Assembly (NCBI GenBank): GCA_012295275.1
Contig: CM022670.1
Span: forward strand, 7,006,001 to 7,070,000
Direction of reading: 5' to 3'
DNA: 64,000 nt
Source of the DNA: Chrysomallon squamiferum
Taxonomy: Eukaryota > Animalia > Mollusca
The notes beneath the pieces were generated by a model that ran no database searches, was not told the origin of the DNA, and was given only the letters and a program-made list of their open reading frames with translations. The position numbers and the translations under genes are program-made. This document shows, piece by piece, positions 40,581 to 54,930 of the stretch. Position 1 is the first letter of the stretch. The number at the start of each line of letters is the position of its first letter.

Positions 40581-41158
40581 CCATAAAATAGCTGAGTTTC
40601 TGCTTTGTCTTTTAGTTGTTTTGTTCTTCTTATTGTTTGCATTTTTATTTTTATTTGTATTTTTATCTTTTATTTTGTTTTGTTTTTGTTGGTTTTATTT
40701 GTATTCTTTTTTTTCTTCTTTTCTTTTGTATATATGTTTATTATTGTGGAGGTTTATAATTCTTTCTGTTTGGGGGCTTCTTGTTTGTTTTGTAGGGTTT
40801 CTTTTTTGTTTGTTTGTTTGCTTGACCGTTTTGTTTGTTTGTTTGTTTTGTTCATTTGTTTTTGTTTGTTTGTTGTTTTTTGTTGTGGTTTTTTGTCGTT
40901 GTTGTAGTTTTGGTTTTTATGAGGGGAGGAGTGTTTTGTTGTAATTGTTTTTAATGGTTTCTTGTTCTTTTTAAAAAAAATTGTATGTATGGATAGTTAA
41001 CTTTATTTTAGTGTTTTGAAAATTTGACACATCTCCTAGTAATTCTTGGTTGATTTATTTTTAAAATATCTTAACTATTATTTTATAATGTTTTTTATTA
41101 TTATTATTCTATTTTATTCCATTTATTAATTTACATTTGTTGTTGTTATTACTACAAC

Positions 41159-41239
<81 letters not shown>

Positions 41240-41762
41240 ATGCGTTCCTATTAATTTTAAAGTACAAAATGTATACGTACTCAAACTAATATGTGTGCTG
41301 TAATTATGTACATATTATTATTATTTGTTTCCAGTTTTCTATAGTTTGTTTGTTTTCGTTTGGGTAATTTGTTATTATTATTAGTTTATTTAATTATTTT
41401 ATTTTGCTTAATTATTGTTATTTTATTGTGGTTTGTTTCTATTAATGTTTTCGTTGCTTTTTATTATTGTGGGGTTTTTCTGTTTTTTGTTGTTGTTGGT
41501 TTTTTTTTTGTGTTTTTGTTCTTAATTATTATTATTGTTTTTATTGTTTATTTTTATATTTGTTTTCGTTTTTCGTTTGTCTGTTGTTGTTTTGTTGTTG
41601 TTTTTTGTTGTTGTTTTTATTTTTTTTATTTTTTATTTTATTTTATTTTTTGTGTTTTATTTGTATTTTTTTTTTTTTTTTTTCACTATTTCATGTCTTC
41701 GTAGTTATGATGTTTTCTTAAATAAATATTTCCGAAACAACAACGATTAAAATAAACAGCAA

Positions 41763-41795
<33 letters not shown>

Positions 41796-44371
41796 TTGTT
41801 GTTAAACCAGTGAATGTTATTGTTCATTATGAATTATTTTTGTTTTCCTTTTTATAAATAAAATACTGTAATATGACCGACATAAATAGATCATTTTAAA
41901 AAATACTAAAACAAGATGTAAATTATACCTAAAAACATTTAAAATATCATTTATTTTACTATAATTATCACCCAGGCTAATAAAATTAATCACTACAAAT
42001 TTAATCAACTTCTGACTTTTTATTATTATTATTATTATTATTATTTGTAGTTCGGGTTATTCTCGTAATAAATTAAAGTCGACGGTCCATGTGGTCAATG
42101 GATGTAATTACTAAGGTCGTGTAACAGTCATAGAAACTCGACAAATTGCTGTACGTGTGCGGCAGTTGACCCGTCTCGAACCCGGAGCGGGTACGGGGCT
42201 GGGGCTGGGTGTAGGCGATAAATCACTGAGTCAATAAAACAAAGAACGAAAATGCGACGAGAAGAAAACAACAAGAAAAACGATTCAAGACAATTACAGA
42301 GTAGAACAGTTTCTTTTGATAACCTCGTTCTCGGTACATCTCAATCTCGCGCCGAGGTCAGAGGTTAATTTGAGTGCCACGTGACCTGCGAGTGGACATC
42401 GTAAATCACGTGATTTAATGATACACCTGTAAAGTGTGTGCGTGAAGCGGCCAGCGAACGCATTACTCACTCAGAGGTGTTTTGTCAATATTGGTTTTGT
42501 TTGTTTGGTTTGACACTTTTTTGTTTTCTGTTAATACAATTGGTAATTGCTAACACGATGACCTCTGACACGTCGTAACGCGCATGTCTGTGACAGGTCC
42601 TAATTAGCGCGTGCCTTAATTCAACTTTTTGTCTTCTGCTAAAACTTGCCTTCTTTGGTCGCAAAAGTGACATTTTCAAGTTTGATTTTGTTTCGGGTTG
42701 GGGTGGGGAGGAAATGTAAGGGGAAGGAAAATCACAACTAACAGTTCAAATATGACGAGCTGATAGCCAAACCAAAATTCAGTTTGGACTTAAAATATTA
42801 GAATGTCACATGTTGGTAATGTTTAATATTAGAAAAAAAAAAAAAAAAAAGAAGAACCTAAATTAAGATATCGGCACAGATTTATAATTTCGAACTAACC
42901 AATATATTTCTATTGTTTATTTTAAACCCCTCCGAAAATCAATTATCTCACTAACTGTTTATCACCCAAGCGTATGATTTTTCATATCACTCATGATGGC
43001 AACAACTTAGCTGATTACACATTTAGCAATAGGCCGCTTTTAGGCAGAACCCACAGAATTGAGCGTTCTGCTTGTACATAACGTGATACGAAACAAACTG
43101 AAACGCTGGTATCAAATTTCAATCTTACGTGTCTACACTATACTACACGATATCTACAAAGTCCATTCTAAATGTTCATCAGTCCATGATCATTAAAAAA
43201 CAAAATTATGTTTAAAATAATTCCCTAAATTATATTTTTCTGAATATAGAGGACTTGCTGTTTTTAAACATGGGGTTATTTTTACATTAAAAAGAAACAA
43301 CACAATAAGAAATAATTCTTCTTTAAGGATCATTCATCTACCAGACGCAGCCAGTTTTATTTGCTTCACTCTCTCTTTACCTAACTTTACTTCATCTTTC
43401 TCCAATAGTTTCTTTTTCCAAATCTCTCGATTTTTCCTAGGTTCTTTCTTTATCTCTATACAATCTACCTTTCTATCGATTCGTCTGTCTTTCTGTGTGT
43501 CTCTCTACATTTTTTTTTTTTTTTTTGACAAAAGTCTGAAAGACAGATAGACACATACCTAATTCCATGTATTGTTCCAAAAACATATAATTACTGTCAC
43601 ACATTTTGACCAATGAAAACCGTCTATTTACTAATTCCTAATCGATCTCTATACCTCGACCTCTGACCTGAAATCCAATAACGAGTACAGGTCAGACTCA
43701 TACGTAGTAATGGCTTTCGATCTGACGTGGACATGTTAAGTTTATAAAAATACTAATTAGTTTACACCATTGTTGATGGCCATGGGTCAGTCACGCGGTC
43801 TTCTCGCGGAGCAATTACATCCCCGGTGTCAGAACTATAGCAAAAGCGCGTGCCGGCGCGTGCCAGCCCGCGGAAGTTTGTACACCAAAAAATAGTGCCG
43901 GAAAAATATATGCGGGCAAGACGTTATTACTTGCGGAAATCTCATTTCTTGACGTTTACAAAACACAGCTTATTCGTTAATTACCTTCAAATGGATTTGC
44001 TATGTTTAGTCAAGAGTCTTGTGTGTTTTTTTGCCATAATTGGTGTCCTATGGACGCGCATGGGCTCATCGGGGCGGAAGTAATTGAAAAGTAACATTTT
44101 GAGGTGAAACTCTGCCCCTGGCCCGGCCCGGCCTGGCCTCGCTGAAAAAAGGCGACTTACGTGTGCGTCACGGTTGTGTTTGAAAGCGTGTTAGTTTATG
44201 AAAAGTGTGTTAGTTTATGAAAACGTGGTACGAGGAGAAGAGAAAGGAAGACTCAGATTGCGAGAAAGTGAACAATAAGGTCAAAACCAACAACGACGTA
44301 ATGTTCGTAACATATATAGATAGTTAGATCGATCGATCGATCGAACGACAGAGAGACATACATACAAACAT

Positions 44372-44456
44372 ACAGACAGACAGATAGATAGATAGAAAGA
44401 TAGACAGCAGACAGACAGATAGATAGACATATATAGAGACAGACAGACAGACAGAC

Positions 44457-44523
<67 letters not shown>

Positions 44524-44529
44524 TAGATA
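44372..44529. repeat. (GATA)n/(GACA)n tetranucleotide microsatellite
   Basis: Direct reading. Confidence 0.9.
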
Positions 44530-47500
44530 TGGATGGATAGAAAGAGGTATTCTTATATTATAATAATAATAATGATAATTATTATTATTATTATTATTGT
44601 TGTTGTTATGATTATTGTTACTGTTATTAACAATATCTCAGTAAAACAGTTTCAAATAAATTGCTAATTAACTGGTTGATGTATAAATCACCATTAATTC
44701 ATGGCAAGTGGAAGGAGTTTAGACCCATCCTATCGCTGCTGAAAGTAATCAAACATTTTTCATTCATTTTAGTTTTTCAAAAATTCCCATCACGCTACAC
44801 TTTTCACACATCTCTGCCTTGTTTAAAACAGGTAACCTCAGATGACCTGGGATGATATTAACTTCAATTTGCAAAAATCCTTATGTCTATGATATATATA
44901 TATATTTTTTTGAAATAATCTGTAAAATACTGTCTAATAACTGTGATATTAGTTTATTTTTTGTACAGCTAATTTCCATGTATTTCTCTCACTTGTCATA
45001 AACCAGGTGTTATGGATTTTCCAAAGAATTATAAAGATTTTTGTTCTTTCTTTAGACTTATTGATTGTTCTGAAAAATGTAACAATGTCATCTGTGGACA
45101 GTGCTCGTGTACCTAAACACGGTTTAATAGGAGAAGAAGAAGAAGAACAACAACAACAACAACAAAACCGTGAAGAAGATGATAACAAATATGATGAAGA
45201 AAAATATTATCTAAACATTAATAATAACAGCCTTAGAAACAACAACAACTACCAAGAGAACAAGAACAAGAAAAACAGGAAGAAAAGAGCAACAGAAAAC
45301 AGTATGTAATAGGTGTCTAATAACTGTACTATGTTTGTTAGTGACAAAAAAAAAAAATTCGAGTCTGTGTGAAGGAAGAAGAAATATAACTTAACAATGG
45401 ATACAAGGCATTATTTTTCGTTCAGCAGCAAAGAATATTTTACATTCACCTACTCATAGACATGACGCGAAGACAAGTCTAGACAAAAGCTCAGAAGAAA
45501 AAAAACGAGTCAGCTTTTCTTACACTAAACTGTATCGTGTCAAAACGTTACGCCTCGCATTTCTCAAGTACATAAACACTTGACTGATCCCCTACAGCAT
45601 CTTTTACTTTCCTATTTAATTCACAGATACAGAGCAGATTTACCAGAGAGAATTACATCGACCTGTGTCCAGTTACTTAATTACACCTTCTCTGCTGTGT
45701 GGCAGATCAGATGTGTGTCAGTTAAAATGTGTGATGAGAAAATTTCAACAGAAAATTAATACTTCAGTGTTTCTACATTGGTTACGTCTCCAAGCTTGTT
45801 AGTGTTAGATCCTTGGTCTAGTTCAAATACATTCTTAATATATGAAAGGTATACCTCATAGAGTTGTTCATTTGAAACAAGAGTTCTGTTTTTATAGATA
45901 TAATTTCTATATCATTTTTTTTTATGTTTTTGTTTTTTAAAGACTGTTGATGATGACAATTATGATGATAATAATTACAATGATGTTGATGATGATTATA
46001 ATTATAATTAGTTGAACATTACCCTAAAATAACTGTTTATGAGGGGAATTATTTGTTTTTTTCTTCTTCTTCTTCTTCTTCTTCTTCTTCTTCTTGTTTT
46101 TATTTGTTATTTATTTCAGTTTTTCGAAGTAAATATATTAATATAAATGCTTCTTCATTTATATTTAATATTTCTAACATTTTAATGTTATAATTTTAAT
46201 ATATTTTTCTTGAACTATCATTAAACTTGAATCAGAGATGCAAGTATCGTGTAATAAAAACACAATATATCATTTTAGCTATAAACTTTATTTCATTAAA
46301 CTGGTGCAGGGTCCAAAATATATATACTTTATTGTTCATGCAGAGATGAATTCTATTTATCACGAAAAAAAAAAAATAATAATAATAATAATAAATAATA
46401 AATCTAATTTTATTGATATGATTAGTTTTATTTACGAATCACAAGATTACTAATCATTCACGTGTGTTATACACCTAATAAAAACAAGCCCCGACATGCA
46501 CAAACTAATCCCATTTCTCTTTTTATCTTCCTAATATTATCACTGTTTTCAGGACATCTTCATTTTTTTTTTGTTCTTTTATCTACATCGTGCATGAGAA
46601 AGTAACGAACATCACCTGAAGCGTCGCCGCATTATTAACACAACTACGTGGACAGCAGCTCGACGTAAAGATATCCGCTTACACACCAATCAGTTTTACT
46701 CCAGCTGCCTCCAACACAAGAGAGCTCCGCATGACGTCACGTCCGCTCGTGTTTTATCGCGTCGTGGTCACTCGGGTTTCTTTATCGATATCGCTATGGC
46801 GACTTTGAATTAATGATAAAAAAATTTAATATAAATATTTTCCGATTGAAAAACGCTAAATAATTTGCTTTTGTGTGGTCGAGTTATTACGACCCCCTTC
46901 CTTCGTTATTTCCTTTCTGACCTGTACATCATTGCAGTTTCCGTTTTATTAACTTGTGTTCTGAAGACAATGCTGGAACCGCCCTCGTCTGCTCCTTAAA
47001 TTTTTTAACAAGATTTAGAAGAGAGATATCAAATTCCATAGAAATAAATTATCTACAAACACAATATACAGCACGCCATCAAAACCTCGTTAAAACGCAG
47101 AAAGGAATTTTTATGTTCGGACTTTAAAATAAATACGAAATGAAATAAAAATTATTACATTAAGAATCAGATGTTTCCGAGGACAGCTGTTTCGTAGTTT
47201 TAATTTTTCAGATATCTACAAACATGATGTATCACAGTAAAAATCATACGATGCTTAGTGACGAAGTTATAATTAAAAATGCACTGATGTTTTTATAGCG
47301 ACTTAGAAGAACAGTTAGAGTGAGAGTAATAAATATTACAATAAATACAGTTTCCAACAACAAATAATTCTGATAAAAGAAGCCTCGCCATAAATAATAG
47401 TCTATAATGTTCAGTTGTAAGCACCTCATTTAAATAAAAGTCAAATATATACAAATTTATCTAAATATGTACATATAACAAATGATTAATACGCAAAAAC

Positions 47501-49082
47501 AACAACAACAACAATAAAAAAATGATTTAGCTGAGAAAATGGGAAATGTGGATAATGGATACTCAACTTTTAAAATAAGAGATAAAATATAAAATATAAT
47601 AAAGCTGTATGCCGTATCATCATTATTCTGTGTAACTCCTATTTGTCATGAGGAGAAATTTTTCATTTCATGCACCCATAGACAGCCAATTTATTTTTTT
47701 TTTTTTTTTCTCTATTTGCATTTGTTATCCATCATTTTAATTTTTACCAGATGTAATTAATATTTGAAATTTTACTTTGAAAAAAATTCCAGAAACATCA
47801 AACTACATCTCAGTATTTAATTTATTGACTGGTAGCTGTCGTTTAAAATGTGAAACTGATATCCACTGACCACTGTCCAGATGAAATTGAAATCAAAAGT
47901 AAAAAGGAAAAAAAAAAGAAAAAAGTATTATCAACATAAATATTTTTATAACGCTGACGAGATTGTATAAAATTTCAAACATCGATTATTTTCACTTTTG
48001 ATTTTAGCGATGTCTGCTTCGAAAACCTTTACTTTATAAGAACCAATTTCACTATCTCAGTTTAATTTTCCGATTTGACAATCCCAGCTTCATGATCTTA
48101 AGTTGCATATCAATATGTCATATTTGATCATTTCTGATAGTCAATCTTGATTTGAAATAAAATAATGATAATAATCTTCAGTGACTAAACCCTATTAGTT
48201 AATCCCCACTTGACAATCCTGCTGGATAATCTTGCAGCGCAGATTTTCAATGAGTAATCCCATCACGTGTCTTCTTTAAAACTACAAACCTTCATTTATA
48301 TCTGTCAGAAACACAGCAGGTGATTTCCATACCCACTTCAGACGTTCTTGAACCATTCATTAAAACCAAGACTCTATCCATGTCAAATCCTTTATTACCT
48401 ATTGTTTATTATGATATGTATTTAACTTCTTTGCGTATCTCTGATGCTTCTCGCCAAAATTTTCTTCTGTTTTTTCTTCTTCCTTTTTTTACTAGCGCTG
48501 ATACTTACTTCCAGTTTGCAACGTGCAGTTAAACAGTCTGCAGATTAGTTTAAGCTAATAATTTTAGTGCAACTCTAAACTTAATCTTCTAGAGCAGATG
48601 TTGCACACTTATACCCCCGATTTCCTAATTCTCATTCTTGTTCAGGTCGCCTGATTTTTATTTCAGATAAACCTGCCTCGCTGAATGATGTTGGTAAGCG
48701 GTTGTAAGTCGAGATGGCGCTCTCGTTGATTTCAGCAGCCTGTTGTTAAATATGCAAGATGTTTTGTTGTATGAAATTATCTTGTTTTTGCATTGTGATG
48801 GTTCCTTGTTATCTCTGTTCGAAGCAGGAAAGTAAATGTATGTTTGTTTGTTGTTTTTTTTAAATGTAAAAAATTAAATAAATAAATTTCAAAATATAAG
48901 AGGTCAGTTAGTATAGGACTTAAAGAAAAATTTGAACAAAACCAATATTCTTAATTCTGTGTTTTGCATTTTATTTTATTTTGTTTTGATTTGTTTTGTT
49001 TTGATTTGTTTTGTTTTATTTACTTATTTATTCATTTATATATTTATCTGTCTATTTGCCTATGTACCTATCTCTCTGTCAG

Positions 49083-49112
49083 TCTATCTATTTATCTATC
49101 CATCTATCTATC

Positions 49113-49152
<40 letters not shown>

Positions 49153-49318
49153 TCTGTCTGTCTGTCTGTCTGTTTATATAATCTTTCTGATATTCTGTGT
49201 ATTAATTTATTTGTTTCTCGGGAGGGTTTTTGTATTTTCATTGTCTCTTTTGTTGGTGTTTATTTGTTTGTTTATATACGATTACTATTGTTTTAGTTTA
49301 CAACAGAACATCGTCGTT

Positions 49319-49372
<54 letters not shown>

Positions 49373-49393
49373 ATTATTATTATTATTATTATT
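49083..49393. repeat. (TCTA/TCTG)n and (TTG)n(TTA)n microsatellites
   Basis: Direct reading. Confidence 0.9.
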
Positions 49394-52300
49394 AACCAAA
49401 TTTTTTTTTTTAATATTACGCTACAAGCGACCGAGTTATTTGCGGTCAAACTTAATAACAGAGTTGGCTAATCTTTCCAAGGCTCAGTCAGTGAGAATTC
49501 TTTTGTTGCTTTCTGCCATGTTAAGTTTCTAATTATCACTGTCCGATCGTTTTCAGATACTCTTTGAAAAAAATAAAATTGAAAAAACAAAAAAACACTT
49601 CATGTTGACGTGAGGCAATCGGTTAACCGACAACGTAAACGATATACTGCTACGACAACGGAGGAAAATTTTCAATAAATTTTAATTATACATTTTGACA
49701 CTGACGCATGAGAGTGGAGCGAGCATTCTACGTGTTTCCCCCACGAACAAAGCCCACGTGTACAAACATAAATGTCGCCACTGAATGCGCGATCATGTGT
49801 TGGTTTCTTTCAAAACACATCCCATTGATTTTTGCGTCAGAGAAACATATATTTAAATTTTGATTGGTACTACGAGCGGTTTTAATGAAGTCACATTTTA
49901 TTATCTTGTGCGGTAATCCCTGCACGTGGAGAGAGTGTATGAAAATCGGAGCCGAGAAACCACAGTTCCACGTGAAAAAAAAAAAAAAAAAATGAAAAAA
50001 CATTTCCTTCGTTAATTTCATTTCGTTTTAATGCTTACATCGGTTATGAAAAGCTCGGAGACCCCATACACTGTAATTACCGCTAATCCTTCGCCTGGAA
50101 TCCCACGTTTTGCTGCGGTCTTTAGTGCTGTATCACGTAACACATGAACGCAATTTAATATCGAACCATTTTCATAAATGTTCCCGTCATCGTTTGCATA
50201 AAACAAATTAAAATGGTGTCAATAACTTAACGCAATCCGGGGATTTCTCTGTCGGAAACAACAACATTTGTGTACAATGGTAGGTCTGCGACAAGGCGGG
50301 CCTCTTTCGCCCTTTCAATATTCACCAAGTGTAATCATATTATTCGTTTCACTGACCTCGGCCGACCCATTTGAAGAGATTTCCTCGGCGAACAGCGGCG
50401 ATCAGAAACATTAGCTGTGTTAAATAATGTGTGAACATACCACACTTTAATTGGCCGGTCTTTGATGAAGTGGAGAGGTGAGGGGAAAAGGTGTTAAAAA
50501 TTAGAAGTCGGTCGATTAAGTATTTCAGAGCGAGCGCGGACTATAAACAGACACCTTTGCAGGTCAAGGTGATGGCGGTGACTGGAAACTGTAACGTGTT
50601 GTAATATTAAAAAAAATAATAATAATAATAAATTAAGAAAGAAAGAACTTGAGACTGAGAAAAATAACAATGAAAGACTAAAACTATTACTGGTGTTAAG
50701 ATGTGTCTCTAAAACGAATCTCCAGTGAGTCCAAAGAATCACGGAAAAATATTTTTTATGACAAAAGCAAAGGAAAAAGCTGAGATAAGAAATTAATTTC
50801 TTTTATTTTCTCCGCGTTCCTTCTTTGTCTCCCTCTTTCTGTTTCTCTTTCTGTCTTTTTTGTTTTATCTTCTTTGTCTCTTTCTGTTTCTTTTTCTACC
50901 TTTATTATTTCTTTCTCTGTCTCTCTATATTTTTTCTGTTGTGTTTAATTCCTTCTCTGTCTACCTCTCTCTTTCTTTTCTGTTTATTTCCTTCTGTCTC
51001 TCTGTCTTTCTATATTTTTTTTTTCTTTTTCTGTCTGTCTCAATTTCTCTTTCTGTTCTTTTTATTTCATTGTCTGCCTTTTTGTCATTGTTATTCTTCC
51101 TATCCATACCATTCTCACTACCTTTCTATCTTTCCTTCCAACAACTTTCTTTTTTCTTTATAGAAATTATAAAACAATAACAACAATCAAATGCACAAAA
51201 GAGGCGAAGGAATAAAAATAAATAAGTAAAAAAAAAAAAAAAAACACACACAGACAAAAAAAAAAAAAAAAGAAGAAAAAAAAAAAAAAGAAAAATGGTC
51301 AAGATAAAACACACATCCATGCAGATAGTGAGATTGCTGAATCGGATTTGCAGGTAAAGATGTCAGACTGAAGGGAACACCCATAAAACACGTGAAACAA
51401 GATGCACTCACATTAACCCGGATTACCTCTACCTTGTGATCATCCTACAACAACAGCTTACCTGAAATACATCCTCGTTTTCAACCAGTAATCTCCTGCC
51501 TACAAGATTTACTAAATTTCTCCAATAATGCAGCTGGGGGACAACAAAAACATACATTATTATTATTTTTTATTTTTTACAAGAGATAAAAATCCTCAAC
51601 ACCGGTTAAAATGACAGGCGGATTTTTTTGTATACGGGACAATAAGTTAGGCCTAACGAGGTTTCGAGTATTTTTGTCTTTTGACCATGGTCTTAGAGAC
51701 AAGAAACACATTGGCGTAGTCCTGTGTTTAAAGTCATAAAAAGACCGTTAAAAGAAAATTAAATTTAGAAATTTAATATAACCAGATAATAAAATGTACA
51801 ATTCGTAATTACTGTAAACGAGATGAAAGTACAGTTATAATTGTAGAAATGGAATTATGGTATTAGCTTAACAAACACAGTTTTAAAAGATTTACGATTT
51901 TATTGGTTTTAAATAAGAACGTTTCCACTGTTTTATTTTATGGCTGGCTGAGATTATATTTATAAACTACTGTTATAAGGACTGTCTTTTTTTGTTCTTT
52001 TAACGACAAAGATACCTTTTTAGAATCACAATTTACGATTAGCTAATATACAAATAATTGTTTTGACAGTACACAATGATTTCATTTTAAGCAGTAAAAT
52101 GGAAAATAATTTTTTTTTTTCGAAAATCTAAACACACACGCGGTTTTCACATAAAAATTAATGTTTTACTGTTAGTTAAGATATAACATTACATATACAT
52201 CAGAAATTTATATTTCAAAAATAAACAGGTAATGTTTAAATAATTTTTATTCATTTATTTTCACTTTGATGTATTTAAAACAATTTATTTAGTATATTTC

Positions 52301-53968
52301 TTTGAACAGCTTTATGTTAACTTTAACAAGAAGCAAACAAAATATTTATTTGGAAGTGTATAAAATACGTTTAAATATTTGTACCACAGTTATATTTTAA
52401 CAAATCATCTGTAAAATGTACACATTTTGTTTAGGACATTAGTTTTATTTACATTCGAATGCACAAAGGCAAGTTAGATTCTGAGTTACAAACTCAACGA
52501 TAACCTCAATCTGATCTACTAGAAATGTTTGTATCAGTCTGAATATTTTTTTTTTTTTTTTTTTTTTTGAAGATACTTCGACATATTTTCAAAAATAACA
52601 ATAAAACACTAACTTTTCATTTTCGAATAATGCTGATATTAAAAAGGTAAGTTGTTGTTTTGTTTCTTAAATTGTTTTAGAGCTGTATGACAAAGTCAGA
52701 GTTTTTTTTTATTTTTTTTTTTTTTTTTTTATAACGAAGGTAAAATTTCAGGCTAAGGATCATTCTAGGATACAGACACGAATATAGTGTGGTTTTAGAA
52801 ATAACTGAAAACTTTTCCATTAGTTTTAAGTTAAATCAAACAAGACTCCTAATCCCAGTTTAAATATTCTTCTGCAGATCGTCTGATACACGCATCTCGA
52901 CTCAGTTTGCTTCACTTAGCGCGACGGGAATATAGTCCCGCAAACAAAAACATATTTTAATGACAAAACACCCAGTTTTTACAAACGTTAATCTCCCAAA
53001 TGGACTGCACATGTATCATAAAGCGACAGGAAGCGTATTTATGCATCTTTTATTCTACATACAAATTGGCTGTATCGCCATGGTCAGCGCAGAATGCCGA
53101 CCGGGCACGTGTTCGGGGTGCTCTCACATCGAGTGAAAATGCGGACACGGACCGCGTTAAAGGAGTTCGATGTTCAGTCTATTATCGAGTTGTAAACAGT
53201 CTATTCTATCCAACATCGACGTGGGTGAAGAGAAACTCTAGAAGAAAAAATAATGGAATACTTCGCTTTGTGTTTGATCAGCAACGATCCCGAACGCGCG
53301 CACGAGGCGTTTAATTCCTGTCACTCGGACCATGACGTGTCGGTTTGACGTCACAGGCACCGTGTTCATGGCACGTGCACGAATTGAAGCTAATTTCAAA
53401 TAGAGATTTTTCATTTTTCATTTTACCGAATCATCATCATCATCATCATCATTATTATTATTATTATTATTAGTTAGTTAGTTAGTTAGTTAGTTAGGTT
53501 GTTAGTTTCATTTTTGAAAATAAAATAGCAGTAGTAATTGTTGTAGTAATTGTAGTAGTAGTAGCATTAACAGTATAATAATTGCAGTTATAGTATCAAT
53601 GGTAGTAGTAGTAGGGTAGAAGTAACGGTGGGAGCAGTAGTAGTAGTATAACAGCAGTAGTTATAATAATAGTAGAAGTAATAGTAGATTTAGTAGCTGT
53701 AGTAGTAGTACAGAAACTAGTAATACAGTATTGTTGTAGGTAATGACTGTGTCACTAGCTGTAAGTAAAATAGTGGAAAGTGTAGAAATAATACCAGCAG
53801 ACTGAGTACAAGTAGAAAATTAAAAACAATATAACAAACCTCAAAAACAAAAATCAGTTATTATAGTACGTGTTCATGCAAGTTCTTAATTAAATACAAA
53901 AAAAGTTGAAATTAAATAATACAAATAATAACAACATTTATTATTATTACCATTACTACTACTACTAC

Positions 53969-54003
<35 letters not shown>

Positions 54004-54309
54004 ATTGTTGTTGTTGTTGTGGTTGTTATTATTATCAAAATTTAAAAAACCTACATTTTCTATTTACAAAAGAAACCCCTCAGAATTTCTTTGTCTATTT
54101 TTTATTATTTGAACTTTAATGTGTGTGCGTGTGTGTGTTTGTTGGTGAGTAATAATTCTTTAACATGAAGTCTGTATTTATAATTACCTCACTGTCTTAT
54201 TCTTTAGAAAACTAATTTTGTACATTTCTTGTAGTTGCAAATAAAAAAAAAAAAAAAAAAAAAAGAAATAAAGAATATTACTGACATTTGTCATCTATAA
54301 AAAAATGGG

Positions 54310-54341
<32 letters not shown>

Positions 54342-54866
54342 GGAGAGAAAAAAATCCTGATTCCAGACTGCATGTCTGTCTGTCTGTGTGTCAATGATAA
54401 TTATTTCCGAGAACTCAAAATAAACTTCTTTACTTTCTTAAATTCCACCCAAAGTGTCAGCGCACCATCTATAATTAACTCAAATTAGGAAAAGCATCTA
54501 CAGTGTTGTATTGCAATCAAAGTCGTTTTCATCGCGAATAGTTTAGACAACTTTGACAAATATTCGACCCAGTCATTGGCGGTCTCGTGCCAGGCGCGTG
54601 CTGTGCGCACGAGCTCCCTAAAAAGGAGAAGAAGTAGTGGACTGCGTTGCCCGAGCAAAGCGTCTAAAATGTACTAATGTAAAGCCCTTTTTTTCCATTT
54701 TACGGAGATTGGTTCGTGCGTTGTCGGAAAGCGATCGGCAGCCTATTCGGCGATGATAGGCGGCATGTAATGACCATTAAAAACACGATGAATATTTTCG
54801 CGAATCAAATCACGGGGTTATGAATGGCTAAGGATCAATTATTGAGCGGTAATTGTTCGCGGCGAC

Positions 54867-54930
54867 CACGTGAATGAGCACAATAGGAGTGCCGCCATAT
54901 AAATACCCGCCTTCATTTTGCACAACAGTC
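54867..54930 (+). promoter_or_regulatory. Gsx core promoter (E-box, TATA box, Inr-like)
   Basis: CACGTG 54867; TATAAATA 54898-54905; acagtc Inr-like element ~29 nt after the TATA (~54927); ATTGG (reverse CCAAT) upstream; CpG-rich; ~120 nt before the ATG. Confidence 0.7.

Noticed and set aside
44186-44223. 19-bp tandem duplication containing TTTATG (Cdx-like site)
   Set aside because: Two copies only; readily explained by slippage, and the motif is common in AT-rich DNA.
45007-45309. E/Q/N-rich 100 aa ORF
   Set aside because: Built from (GAA)n/(CAA)n low-complexity sequence; no splice or homology support.
50530-50600. CTATAAAC TATA-like element as an alternative Gsx promoter
   Set aside because: Non-consensus TATA and no convincing donor linking it to Gsx; cannot be supported from sequence alone.
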